DNA of 64,000 nucleotides. It comes from Eledone cirrhosa (Eukaryota). Position 1 is the first letter of the stretch. Every line of letters begins with the position of its first letter. The notes beneath the pieces are model-generated. The model was given only the letters and a program-made list of their open reading frames with translations. It was not told where the DNA came from and did no database searches. The stretch lies in NCBI GenBank assembly GCA_964016885.1, contig OZ024752.1, positions 48,298,001 through 48,362,000 on the forward strand. Reading direction: 5' to 3'. A program made the position numbers and the translations under genes. Shown piece by piece: positions 14,090-26,794 of this stretch.

Positions 14090-14262
14090 AGTAACAGCCA
14101 TACTAAGAGTGAGAAATGAAATTTCGTTTCACTTTCCTGATGATTTCTAAAGAATGAAACAGTTCTAGTCCTGTAGAATCTCATCTATATTAAAACTTTT
14201 ATACTCTGCTATGTATTGAGTACCTTACTTACTGTGGTTACCTCCGATTCAACCCGGAATAA
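13929..14262 (+). mobile_element. Fold-back island (arms 13929-13981 / 14088-14137) continuing into family F1 with HHR-like core
   Basis: ggaaaaaatgaaacgaaatttcatttctcactcttagta is inverted as tactaagagtgagaaatgaaatttcgtttcactttcc; followed by CTGATGAtttctaaagaatGAAAC; arm shared with 55371-55405. Confidence 0.6.
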
Positions 14263-14263
14263 C

Positions 14264-14322
<59 letters not shown>

Positions 14323-14451
14323 AAAGTTCTATTTAAATTGTTGGGATACAACAAGCAAATATTTTTATAACTGATATAAAACACTCAACAAATTATTGGA
14401 GTAAAAATACGATATATTAACAAATGGGAACTATATTTATAAAACCATATT

Positions 14452-14516
14452 TATTTCATTATACATATTTCAAGGACACCAAGTTAAATTATGGTGTGCT
14501 TTCATCAGATAAAATA
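14452..14516 (-). ncRNA. Type I hammerhead ribozyme motif (left arm of inverted repeat)
   Basis: Reverse complement: TATTTTAT-CTGATGA-AAGCACACCA..TGGTGTCCTT-GAAA-TATGTA-TA-ATGAAATA. Confidence 0.7.
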
Positions 14517-14655
14517 TAATATAGAGCAGTTTTATAAATAAATATTGACATACCCTTAAAGAATGCGACCATTACTGTTGGAAGCTCCCATAGAGAGTAA
14601 TGGTTGCATTCTTTAAGGGTATGTCAATATTTATTTATAAAACTGCTCTATATTA

Positions 14656-14720
14656 TATTTTATCTGATGAAAGCACACCATAATTTAACTTGGCGTCCTT
14701 GAAATATGTATAATGAAATA
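14656..14720 (+). ncRNA. Type I hammerhead ribozyme motif
   Basis: Stem I TATTTTAT/ATGAAATA (8 bp, one GU), core CTGATGA and GAAA, stem II AAGCACACCA/TGGCGTCCTT, near-palindromic stem III ATATGTAT, NUH=AUA. Confidence 0.7.
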
Positions 14721-14759
14721 AATATGGTTTTATAAATATAGTTTCCATTTGTTAATATC

Positions 14760-14818
<59 letters not shown>

Positions 14819-14941
14819 GGAGGTGAGTTTTATTGTAGTGCAATAAAGCAATGCAGATATCGGATAAGAAGCACTCTACAGTTTGTAGGACTGGAGTATA
14901 CATAATATATAAGAACAAAAGATGGTTAAAAGAGTTCCATG

Positions 14942-15012
14942 TATTTTATTATGCGCATTTCAAAAACAAATATCATCATGCAGTAATATTTGTGTTATCA
15001 TCAGATAAAATA
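14942..15012 (-). ncRNA. Type I hammerhead ribozyme motif
   Basis: Reverse complement: TATTTTAT-CTGATGA-long stem II-GAAA-TGCGCA-TA-ATAAAATA; perfect 8-bp stem I, palindromic stem III ATGCGCAT. Confidence 0.78.
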
Positions 15013-15086
15013 GGAAGATATGTTGATATGTAGATTTAAAACTGCACTATCCACAAGTGTTTTTTAACCTTCATATCATGTCTTCC

Positions 15087-15157
15087 TATTTTATCTGATG
15101 AAAACACAAATATTATTGCATGATGATATTTGTTTTTGAAATGCACATAATAAAATA
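15087..15157 (+). ncRNA. Type I hammerhead ribozyme motif
   Basis: TATTTTAT-CTGATGA-AAACACAAATATTAT..ATGATATTTGTTTTT-GAAA-TGCACA-TA-ATAAAATA. Confidence 0.75.
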
Positions 15158-15187
15158 CATGGAACTCTTTTAACCATCTTTTGTTCT

Positions 15188-15239
<52 letters not shown>

Positions 15240-15389
15240 TTAGTTCTTAGATTGTTCCAGAAAGCCAAAGACATGATGAAAGTTGTATATAGAGAGTGAT
15301 TAGGTGGTTGTACCAGTGTCAACCATGTCAGTAGGCACTATAGCATATATAGACAGCTGCTGGTGACACTACAACCTCCAATAAGACTT

Positions 15390-16165
15390 CTGTAGTGGTG
15401 GTGGTGGTGGTGGTGGTGGTGGTGGTGACAGTGGTGGTGGTGGTGGTGGTGGCGGTGGTGGTGGTGACAGTGGTGGTGGTGGTGGTGGTGGTATTGGTGG
15501 TGGTATTGGTGGTGGTAGTGGTGGTGGTGGTGACAGTGGTGGTATAGATAATGGTAGTGGTGGTGGTGGTGTTGGTGGTGGTATTGGTGGTGGTGGTGGT
15601 GGTGGTGGTGGTGGTGTTGGTGGTGGTGACAGTGGTGGTGATGGTGGTGGTGGTGATGGTGGTGGTGATGGTGGTGGTGGTGACAGTGGTGGTATAGATG
15701 ATGGTAGTAGTGGTGGTGGTATTGGTGGTGGTGGTAGTGGAGGTGGTGGTATAGATAATGGTAGTGGTGTTGGTGGTGTTGGTGGTGGTATTGGTGGTGG
15801 TGGTGGTGGTGGTGATGGTGGCGGTGGTATTGGTGGTGGCGGTGGCGGTGGTATTGGTGGAGGTGGTGTTATTGATAGTGGTGGTATTGATAGTGGTGGT
15901 GGTGTTTGTGGTGGTATTGGTGGTGGTGGTGATGGTGAGAGTGGTGGTGGTGGTTGTGGTGGTGATGTTGGTGGTGGTATTGGTGGTGGTGGTGGTGATG
16001 GTGTTTGTGGTGGTGGTGGAGGTGGTGGTATTGATAGTTGTAGTGGTGGAGGTGGTGGTATAGATGTAGGTAGTGGTGTTGGTGGTATTGATGGTGGCAG
16101 TTGTGGTGATGGTGGTGGTGTTGATGGTGTTAATGTTGATGTTGTTGATGGTGATGGTGTTGGTT
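15390..16165. repeat. Degenerate (GGT)n microsatellite
   Basis: Direct inspection; source of poly-V ORFs. Confidence 0.9.
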
Positions 16166-16390
16166 TACTCTTTTCTTCTATTTTCTCTTTTTCTTTCCTT
16201 TTGCTGCCACCCCCTCTCTCACTCTCTCACTCTTTCTCTCTTTCTCTCTCACTCTTTCTCTCTCTCTCTCTCATCTACTATTCCACTTATTTGATATGTT
16301 TTCATACATTCTCTCTCTTTCTCTTTAACACTCCCCTTTCCCTCTCCTTCATTACTTTCTCTCCATCTCTCTCTCTCACACTCTCACTCA

Positions 16391-16427
<37 letters not shown>

Positions 16428-16559
16428 TCTCACTCTCCTCCTCTCTCTTACTCTCATTACTTAATGTCACCAACTTCCAACATAACAATTAATGCATTCG
16501 ATAGTCTTTTGCTTCCAGCATTTTAATCACTTCTTTCTGTCTGTCAGTCTGTCTGTCTC

Positions 16560-16594
<35 letters not shown>

Positions 16595-16659
16595 GTCTGT
16601 CTGTCTGTCTCTCTGTTAGTCTGTCTCTCTGACAGTCTGTCTGTAAAAGCCAAACTCAC

Positions 16660-17090
16660 TATCTTCAATTCAGTATTCATACCAACCCTTACCTAAAGTC
16701 ATGAATCTTGAGTAATGACTGAAAATGTACGATTGTGAATAGAAGCAGCCAAAACAGGGTTCCTCTGAAGGGTCTTTGGAGTAGCCCTTACTTGATAGAG
16801 TGCTTAGCTTGGAGATGAGAGTGTCACTCCAAGTAGAGCTGTTATTTTTCAAAATTGAGAGATCACAGTTCCGACACTGCAGACATGTGCTCAGAATATC
16901 TGAGGAAAGAAGCGCTGGACAGATTTTACAGGCAAAAACCAACAAGCAAGGGACCCAGGGGTAGATCCTTTGAGCTTGGCTGGTCATGCTTAAGGAGGAT
17001 CCCTGACCGGATCAGTTGGAGATGGTTGCTTCTTCTGACAGGACCCGCTGGAAGGAGTGTTTGAGGATGACTCTGCCACCACGTCGCCCC
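16660..17090 (+). mobile_element. Decayed RTE-clade (Rex3/Expander-like) LINE 3' fragment
   Basis: Frameshifted translation LQVELLFFKIERSQFRHCRHVLRISEERSAGQILQAK-PTSKGPRGR...ELGWSCL...DRTRWK...LPPR matches the RTE ORF C-terminus pattern (EPLLLxIERSQLRWxGHVxRM...RPRGRPR). Confidence 0.75.
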
Positions 17091-18298
17091 CCCACCCACC
17101 CCCCCCCGCCAGGAATAAGTGGAATAACAAGAAGAAGAAGAAAGTGAAGCAGTAAATGAAAAAGAAAAAGAAGAGGAAGAAGAGGAAGAAGAGGAAGAAG
17201 AGGCAGAAGAGGAAGAACAAAAAGAAAAAGAGAAGAAGAAGAAGAAGAAGAAGAAGAAGAAGAAGAAGAAGAAGAAGAAGAAGAAGAAGAAGAAAAAAGT
17301 TGAAGAGGAAGAAGAAGAAGAAGAAGAAGAAGAAGAAGAAGAAGAAAAAAGTTGAAGATGAAGGAGCAGAAGAAGAACGACAACAACAAAGCCATACCAA
17401 ATTAAAAAAAAAAAGCAACAACAATGCATACAGAATAAACCTAACTATACAAAACCAACACAACAACAACAACAACAACAACAACAAGCAAAATAACAAG
17501 CAAAACAACAACAAGCAAAATAACAACAAACAAAACAACAACAACCAAAACAACAACAACCAAAACAACAACAACCAAAACAACAACAAGCAAAATAACA
17601 ACAAGCAAAACAACAACAAGCAAAATAACAACAAGCAAAACAACAACAACCAAAACAACAACAAGCAAAACAACAACAACCAAAAGAACAACAAGCAAAA
17701 CAACAACTTACAGTAAACTAAACTAAAGTAAAATTGAAAGTGAAAGTGAAAATAAAATAAAATAACAAAAGTAAAGAAAAATAAAATGAAATAAAATTTA
17801 ACAAAAATAATTTTAAAAAATCTGTGGGTGAAAACTAAAGTGGGCAACTGTTGAAATGTTGGAAGTGTTGCATCATTTCTTTTAGAGAAACCCCTGAGGG
17901 GTCGACAGTAAAATTATAGATTACACACTCAGACATGGTTCTTACTCTGCCTCATTGATAAGGACAGTTAAAATAAAAGAGAGCCTCTGACAGAACCAAG
18001 TACCACCAGCACCACCACTACCACCACCACCACCACTACCACCACCACCACCACCACCACAACTACTACCACCACTACCACCACTACCAGTACCACCACC
18101 ACCACTACCACCACCACCACCACCACTACCACCACTACTACCACCACCAGTACCACTACCACCACCACTACCACCACTACCACCACTACTACTACTACCA
18201 GTACTACCACCACCACCACTACCACCATTACTACTACCACCACCACCAGTATATGGAAGGAATATATTAGGTTAATGCTTGAAATAGCAGGAAGAGGG

Positions 18299-18334
18299 TC
18301 TTAACGTTTCAGACGCTAGTCCTTCATCAGAAGA
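18299..18334 (-). ncRNA. Minimal Penelope-type hammerhead motif
   Basis: Reverse complement: TCTT-CTGATGA-AGGAC-tagc-GTCT-GAAACGTT-AAGA; palindromic loopless stem III ACGT typical of PLE minimal HHRs. Confidence 0.7.
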
Positions 18335-18420
18335 AAGAATGAGAAATAAGATAGATCGAGGGGACAGGTGGGATGGAATTGGAAAAAATGTCTTTAGAAA
18401 AAAAAAATATATATATATAT

Positions 18421-18611
18421 GTGAGTCCCGGGTTCAATTGGGGGAAACCACAGTAAGTAAGGTACTCAATACATTAGTAGAGTGTATACAAGATTTAATA
18501 TAGAAATGGACTAGAACTGTTTCATTTGAAGAAAATCACCAGGGCTTTCCTAATGATTTCCCCCGAATGAAACAGTTCTAGTCCTGTAGAAGCGATTTCT
18601 ATATTAAATCT

Positions 18612-18616
<5 letters not shown>
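18421..18616. mobile_element. Family F1 fold-back island
   Basis: tacaagatttaatatagaaat/ggactagaactgtttcat inverted to atgaaacagttctagtcc/atttctatattaaatcttgta; degenerate cores CTGGTGA and CTAATGA; flanked by (TA)n. Confidence 0.65.
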
Positions 18617-18672
<56 letters not shown>

Positions 18673-18673
18673 T

Positions 18674-18845
18674 ATGTGAGTTTGATTCCAGAACCGGGTG
18701 ATGCGTTATGTCCTTGAGCAAGACACTTTATTTCACGTTGCTCCTTCTACCTGGAGTTGCGACCGATAGATAGTATTAGCAATTGGAAAGACCAATGGAA
18801 ACATTGTTTCCTCGGTCCGATTTGACGAAAGTCGATCGTTCCTTA
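18674..18845 (+). mobile_element. SINE with A-type head and alternative body
   Basis: B-box and ccttgagcaagacac core followed by gatagtattagcaattggaaagaccaatggaaac; longer minus-strand copy at 26343-26602. Confidence 0.7.
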
Positions 18846-18870
18846 ATATATATATATATATATATATATC

Positions 18871-19040
18871 TAGGAACGAGTAGGACCCCGATGGCTGAGC
18901 TCAAGCCGTTTCGACGTCACAACGGCTTGAGCTCAGCCGTCGGGGTCCTACTCGTTCCTATTACCCACTCTACTACCCTAAGTATTGAGTACTTTGGTGC
19001 GTTATGGTCCACCTGGTTCCTTACCACATTCCCTTCGTTA
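18871..19040 (+). mobile_element. Family F2 fold-back island
   Basis: 40-bp arms 18871-18910 / 18921-18960 with 10-nt loop; arms hold the 3' half of an HHR (GAAACGGCT..AGCCGTC-GGGG). Confidence 0.75.
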
Positions 19041-19278
19041 TATATATATATATATATATATAGTATTTACGTATCGAGAAAGAGAAAAAAAGGGGGGATA
19101 GGTGATACATATAGTTATTTGCCAAGTAGCATATGCCAAAGGTGCTCGATACTAGTGCCGGCAGTATTAAATATTCGAAGTGTTAATATTTAGTGGGTTA
19201 GAGAGTTAGCAGAGCGTAAGCACGTGGGAAAGTAAAAAATCGGAGAATAGACCGTTAAAACATGTTTATTTAAAATAT

Positions 19279-19317
19279 CACCTACGTACGTTTCGCCCAG
19301 TTGGGCTTTTCAAGGGC
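19279..19317 (-). ncRNA. Hammerhead-like variant within CpG-rich island 19062-19366
   Basis: Reverse complement: GCCC-TTGAAAA-GCCCA-ac-TGGGC-GAAACGTACGTA-GGTG; non-canonical core (TTGAAAA), palindromic stem III; AATAAA ~10 nt downstream. Confidence 0.5.
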
Positions 19318-19365
19318 ATAAATAATCACAAGTGTTCCTTATATTGCTCGGAAAGAGTTTTGGGG

Positions 19366-19405
<40 letters not shown>

Positions 19406-20084
19406 AAAGGTGAAATTGGAAATAGCATGGAAAATATATTTAAGAATCTGTTTTTTTTTTCCTTTTCTTTGATTCATCAAAGTGATATTATTGGAAAAAT
19501 GAGGGACAATTCTTTTAAATAAGAGTTTTATAATGTATATAAAATATACATTAGATTTGAAAGAAATGTGAAACTCTGGTGCTGCAGCATGGCCACAGTC
19601 TAATTACTGAAACCAGTTAAACAATACAGGAATCAAGGAAGATATTCTTGAAGAGATTAGCTCCTTCGTCTTTTTATTACAAAAGAAAAAAAACAAAAGA
19701 TGGTAGTTTGATAGATTGGAGTGGTTATCTTATAAGGGTTAATTACCTGTGGGGGAAAAACAAATGTGGGCTTAACTTTTCAAAGACCTTGTACGCTGCT
19801 CATACTTTAATCTTTAATCTAAATCAATTCTAAAAGAGAATATCAGGAACCCAAACCATTTATTGCACCACCACAACCATAAATGTGTAGCGAGATAAAT
19901 TTTCTCCAATATGAAAGTATGTGTATGTCTGTATAGCTGTGTGTGTGTGAGGGTGTGTGAGGGTGTGTGAGGGTGTGTGAGTGTGTGTGTGAGGGTGTGT
20001 GAGGGTGTGTGAGGGTGTGTGAGGGTGTGTGAGGGTGTGTGAGGGTGTTTGAGGGTGTGTGAGGGTGTGTGAGGGTGTGTGAGT

Positions 20085-20222
20085 GTGAAGGTGCATAGCT
20101 TAGTGGTTAGAGTGTTTGGTTAACAGCCGTAAGGTGATGAGATCTATGATGGTGGTGTGATGTGTCCTTCAACAAGGTACTTTATTTCATGTTTCATGTT
20201 GCCACAGTGTACTCAGCTGGGA
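20085..20222 (+). mobile_element. Diverged tRNA-SINE head
   Basis: tgaaggtgcatagcttagtggttagag...ccttcaacaaggtactttatttcatg..actcagctg. Confidence 0.6.
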
Positions 20223-21967
20223 AAAAAGTGGAGTGGAGACTTCTGGTGTCTTTCAACATTTCAACTTACTGAAGCACACATCATTTCTCCAGTGTACACA
20301 CACACATACACACACATACACACACACACACACACAAACATACACACACACACACGAACATACACAAACACACAAACATACACAAAAACACACAAATGCA
20401 CAAACAAACACACACACACACACACAAACATACACACACACAAACACACACACAGAAACATACACACACAAACATACACACACAAACATACACAAACACA
20501 CAAACATACGCACACAAACGCACAAACAAACACACACAAACGCACACACAAACATACACAAACACACAAACATACACACACACAAACATACACAAACACA
20601 CAAACATACGCACACAAACGCACAAACAAACACACACAAACACACAAACATACACACACAAACATACACAAACACACAAACATACACACACACACACACA
20701 CAAAGGCACACACACATTGCACCTTGTTATCTTGTTCAGCATATATTGATGAAAACACACATATATATATACATAAAGACATGCACACACATATATATAT
20801 ATACATAAACACATGCACACACACACATATATATACATAAACACATGCACACACATACATATATACATAAACACATGCACACACACACATATATATATTC
20901 ATATATATATAAACACAGTACAATCCCTCACCTTCAATGCAGGCACATACACATATATACATAAACACATATACACATACATACATGCACACACAGACAT
21001 ATATATATATATATATATACTGCCCAATCTCTTACCTTCAATGTATGCACACACAAATGTACATATATGCACAAGCACATATGTGCATACATATACAAAC
21101 ACATACACATAAATATATATGGGCTGCTATGTGCCGTTTCTTATCTTCAATGCATGCAAATGTGTATACACATGCATACACACACACATACATATATACA
21201 CACACACACACATATATATATGTATATACATATACATGCACATATATATACACACACATGCACGTATATACTCAAAAACACATATATATATACACAAACA
21301 CACACACACACATATATATATATATAGACATATATAGACATATATACACACAAGCACATATATATATATATACACATACACATATATATATATACACACA
21401 AACACACATATATACACACATGCACGTATACACACATGCACACACACATATATATATATATCAACATGCACATACATATATAGACACATACACACATATA
21501 TATATACACATGTACATATATACACACATGCACATACATACACATGCATATATATACACACATACACACACATATATATATATATAAACATGCACATATA
21601 TACACATACACATATATATACACATGCACATATATATACACATGCACATATATACACACATGCACATACATACACATGCATATATATACACACATACACA
21701 CGCATATATATATATATACACATGTACATATATACACACATGCACATATATCTATACATAGCACTTTACCTTCTTATCTTCATCAAATGCACATGCATGA
21801 TCACACAAACATATACAGTTGCATATGCATGCACACACACATGCAGAGCGCCATTCCTTCTTATCTTAAACATATGCACATGCCCCCACACGCATACATC
21901 TATACACACATGCACAAATACACAAGTTCACACACAAACACACTCTCTTTCTCTCTCACACACACAT

Positions 21968-22049
<82 letters not shown>

Positions 22050-22384
22050 ACATGCACAAATACGCAAGCACACACACACACAGACACAAACACACTCTCT
22101 TTCTCTCTCACATACACATATATATATATATAAACACATGCACAAATACACAAGCACACACACACACACTCTCTTTCTCTCTCTCTCACACACACACACA
22201 CATATATATATAGATATATATAAACACATGCACAAATACACAAGCACACACACAAATGCACTCTCTTTCTCTCTCTCTCTCTCACACACACATATATATG
22301 TATATAAACACATGCACAAATACACAAGCACACAAACATGCACACACACACACAAATTATATATATATATATATATACATACAC

Positions 22385-22550
22385 ACAGAGCACCATTGCT
22401 TATTATCTTAAACATATGCACACGTCCACATACGTACATATACACATATGCACACAAACACACACACATATATATATATATAAACACATGCACAAATACA
22501 CAAACACACACACATATATATATATATAAACACATGCACAAATACACAAG

Positions 22551-22582
<32 letters not shown>

Positions 22583-22749
22583 CACAGTGCACCATTGCTT
22601 ATTATCTTAAACATATGCACACGTCCACATATGCACATACACACATACACACAAACACACACACACACACATATATACACAGTGCACCATTGCTTATTAT
22701 CTTGAACATATGCACACATCCACATATGCACATACACACATACACACAA

Positions 22750-22782
<33 letters not shown>

Positions 22783-23178
22783 CAGTGCACCATTGCTTAT
22801 TATCTTAAACATATGCACACATCCACATATGCACATACACACATACACACAAACACACACACACACACATATATATATATACACAGTGCACCATTGCTTA
22901 TTATCTTAAACATATGCACACATCCACATATGCACATACACACATACACACAAACACACACACACACACATATATACACAGTGCACCATTGCTTATTATC
23001 TTGAACATATGCACACGTCCACATACACACATACACACAAACACACACACACACACATATATATACACAGTGCACCATTGCTTATTATCTTAAACATATG
23101 CAAACGTTGCTTATTATCTTAAACATATGCACACGTCCACATATGCACATACACACATACACACAAACACACACACAC

Positions 23179-23213
<35 letters not shown>

Positions 23214-23225
23214 GTGCACCATTCC
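22385..23225 (+). repeat. Composite minisatellite: ~60-bp core with variable (CA)n/(TA)n spacers, ~8 units
   Basis: cagtgcaccattgcttattatcttaaacatatgcacacgtccacatatg recurs at ~22387, 22584, 22680, 22783, 22884, 22979, 23067 and 23107. Confidence 0.85.
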
Positions 23226-23624
23226 TTCTTATCTGCATATGGTGCACTTTGAAGATTCTACTCCTCTTGATAGTTGAAACAATGCAATACACATCTTCAT
23301 TAGTTGCAACAGAGTTTTAAACATCCAATGTTGCTCAGAATACAATGTTTTTTTCTTTTATTATCTTCTGATAGCTATCTTGCCATGAATACCACTGCGT
23401 TTCTACACCGTTTCCATACCCTGTTACCCTTTTTCTGCACCCTTTCTACAATCTTTCAACACCTTGTACACTTTATACACCCTGAACCCTTTCACAGACA
23501 TATGTGCATGCACAAACACAAGTGCATACACACAATCACACATTTACACACATGCGATCATCAAGATACTTGTTAACATAAGCACACATACACACACACA
23601 TGCAAATATAGACATACATAGATA

Positions 23625-23790
23625 GATGTAGGTATGGTTTGGTTGTTAAGGAGCTTGCTTTGCAGCCCTGTCATTATAGGTTCAGTCTCAGTGTGTGGGA
23701 CCTTGAGCAAGTTTCTTCTACCATAGCTTTCGGTTGGTCAATCCCTTGTGAGTGAAATTTGATGGACAAACTGCAAAGTTCTGTTGTATA
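23625..23790 (+). mobile_element. Old diverged tRNA-SINE (separate family)
   Basis: Degenerate A/B boxes, accttgagcaagtttcttctaccatagc...ccttgtgagtgaaatttg. Confidence 0.55.
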
Positions 23791-23902
23791 TGTATATGTG
23801 TGTGTGTGTGTGTGTGTATGATTGTACATGTGTGTGCACCTGTGAGAGTGCATGTGTGTATTTATATTTGGGTTAGGGGGGGGGTGTATGTGTGTGTTTC
23901 TT

Positions 23903-23942
<40 letters not shown>

Positions 23943-24024
23943 CATAAATATATATACATATAAATATATATATATATACATATAAATATATATAGACATA
24001 TATATATATATAGACAAATATACA

Positions 24025-24361
24025 ATATGCCCCCACACTGTAAAGTGGTCGTGTAGGTGCCACGGCTAAAAAGCACCCAGCCCACACTGTAAAGTGGTCG
24101 TGGAGATGCCACGGCTAAAAAGCACCCAGCCCACACTGTAAAGTGGTCATGGAGGGGCCACGGCTAAAAAGCACCCAGCCCACACTGTAAAGTGGTCGTG
24201 GAGGTGCCACAGCAAAAAAGCACCCAGCACTCACTGTAAATGAGGTTGGTGTTAGGAAGGGCATCCAGCTGTAGAGATCAAGCCAGAATCAGTTCCCGTC
24301 CCACCCTTGCAAGCAGGGAAAAAGCAGACGTAAAAATGAGATGATGATGATGATGATGATA
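24025..24361 (+). mobile_element. SINE A 3' half with 4 tandem 48-bp modules
   Basis: cccacactgtaaagtggtcgtggaggtgccacggctaaaaagcacccag x4, then the family A RTE-like tail and (GAT)n. Confidence 0.85.
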
Positions 24362-25061
24362 TATATATATACAGGACAACCCGTCTAACCCATGCTAGGT
24401 GTGGAAGAACGGACGTAAAACGGTGATGATGATGATGATATATATATGTATATATATATATATATATAAACACACATATGTATATATATATATGTATATA
24501 TATTTGTATATATATGTATATATATATATATACATATATATATCTATATATATATATATATATAAATATATTTATACACACACACACAACATCTTTCAAT
24601 CTTGGTCTCTTCAACCTTTACCTTACTTATGTAAACCACTTGTATACTTTGCTTATTTTTACTTTATCATTCTTCTTACTTGATTACATATATATATATA
24701 TACATACACGCACACACATATATACATATATATATATGATATACATCTATGATGATGATGATAATGATATATATATTTTTTTGGACATATTTTCATTCCA
24801 CTACACTATCTCTTCCCCCTTAACGATTTATTTTCCTCTTACACTATATATACTTCACCACCCTACACCACCCTTCTCTCCTATTCTCTACATATACACA
24901 CACAGACACACACATACACAAACACATACAAACACATACACCCACGAACACAGATACATACAAACACACGCAGTAAGATATGTAAAACATCTTCGTTGCT
25001 CCTTCATCCACTTATATGCTTATTTCTTGAAATTTCTTGTTTATCTTTTTAACATACTTTT

Positions 25062-25115
<54 letters not shown>

Positions 25116-25141
25116 TATATGTATATATATATATACACACA

Positions 25142-25173
<32 letters not shown>

Positions 25174-25277
25174 CATATATATATATGTATATATATATAT
25201 ATACATATATATCTTCCTTTCAATATCTTACCAGTCTTTTCATAATTCTTTATACTTTAGTCTCTTCATATATATAT

Positions 25278-25371
<94 letters not shown>

Positions 25372-25620
25372 TTATATATATTTATGTATATATATTATGT
25401 ACATGTTTTCTTTCATGGCTTTTCTAGTTTAAAACAAACAAGAATTCCAGAACAGGAGTCTTTGATAAGTGGAGTGGGGGTGGGGGAAACACTGGAGAGT
25501 GGAGTGTACTGAAGTCAAGTGGAGCAGGCTGGAGTGTACAGGGAAACAAATATATATATATATATGTATGTATATATATATATGTATATGTATGTATATA
25601 TATATGTATGCATATGTATG

Positions 25621-25656
<36 letters not shown>

Positions 25657-25666
25657 TATATATGTA

Positions 25667-25715
<49 letters not shown>

Positions 25716-25773
25716 TTGTATATATGTATATAGATGTAATCATATATATATGCACATACACACACACACATAA

Positions 25774-25830
<57 letters not shown>

Positions 25831-26074
25831 CATATCTGATCTACCATGTATATATCTATATATATACTGGTACAAGTGTTGTTGGTGATGATGATTGTTG
25901 TTGCTTAGAGTCATGTTAATGGAGAAACTATTTATCTTGAGATTCTGGAACAAATACCACAGCAAGACTGCACGGAGAAAGATAGTGGGGGAGTGTAGGA
26001 AGAGGAGATGGATTTATTGAGAGAAAGGGAGAGAGGTATGCAGAGAGAAAGCTGAAGGACAATATATATGTGTA

Positions 26075-26268
26075 TAGGTGTTACGACAAAAAGCACCCAG
26101 TTACACACTGTAAATGTGGTTGGCGCCAGGAAGGGCATCCAGCTGTAGAAAACCTACCAGTAACAGTGCTATATGAGCGAGACATGGTCACCCAACCTAA
26201 CTTGCCTCAAGTGAGACAAACCCGTCTAACCCATGCTAGCGTGGAAGATAGATGTTAAACACTGATGT

Positions 26269-26270
<2 letters not shown>
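26075..26270 (+). mobile_element. SINE 3' part with alternative tail (cccgtctaacccatgctagc)
   Basis: aggaagggcatccagctgtagaa shared with family A, then a different tail; also at 56062-56380 and 57120-57365. Confidence 0.75.
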
Positions 26271-26342
<72 letters not shown>

Positions 26343-26602
26343 ATCAGTCGATTGACAAGGTCCCAGATCACAAGATCGCTTAACAAGTGGGTTGGAGCTC
26401 ATCAAATCGGACCAAGGAAACAATGTTTCCATTGGTCTTTTCTAATTGCTAATACTATCTACTGGTCATAAATCCAGGCAGAAGGGGCAACGTGAAATAA
26501 AGCGTCTTGCTCAAGAACATAACTCAACGCCCGATCTGGGAATTGAACTCATAACCTCACGATTGCAAATCAAATTCTCTAACCACTCAAACATGCGTCT
26601 TC
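26343..26602 (-). mobile_element. SINE with A-type head and alternative body
   Basis: Reverse complement matches 18674-18845, plus tRNA head. Confidence 0.75.
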
Positions 26603-26794
26603 ACACACACACACATATATATATGTAGGGGTAAGAAAATCAGAAAAGAGCTCGACAGACTCCCCCCCACACACACACTATATATATATATATGTATATA
26701 TATATTACCCACTCTACTACCCTAAGTATTGAGTACTCTGGTGCATTATGGTCCATCTGGTTCCTTACCACAACTCCTTCATTTTATATATATA

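Noticed and set aside
16670-16987. 105-aa Cys-rich minus ORF
   Set aside because: Antisense to the decayed RTE fragment
22385-23225. CRISPR-like array (constant repeat with variable spacers)
   Set aside because: Spacers are CA/TA microsatellites, there are no cas genes, and the context is eukaryotic
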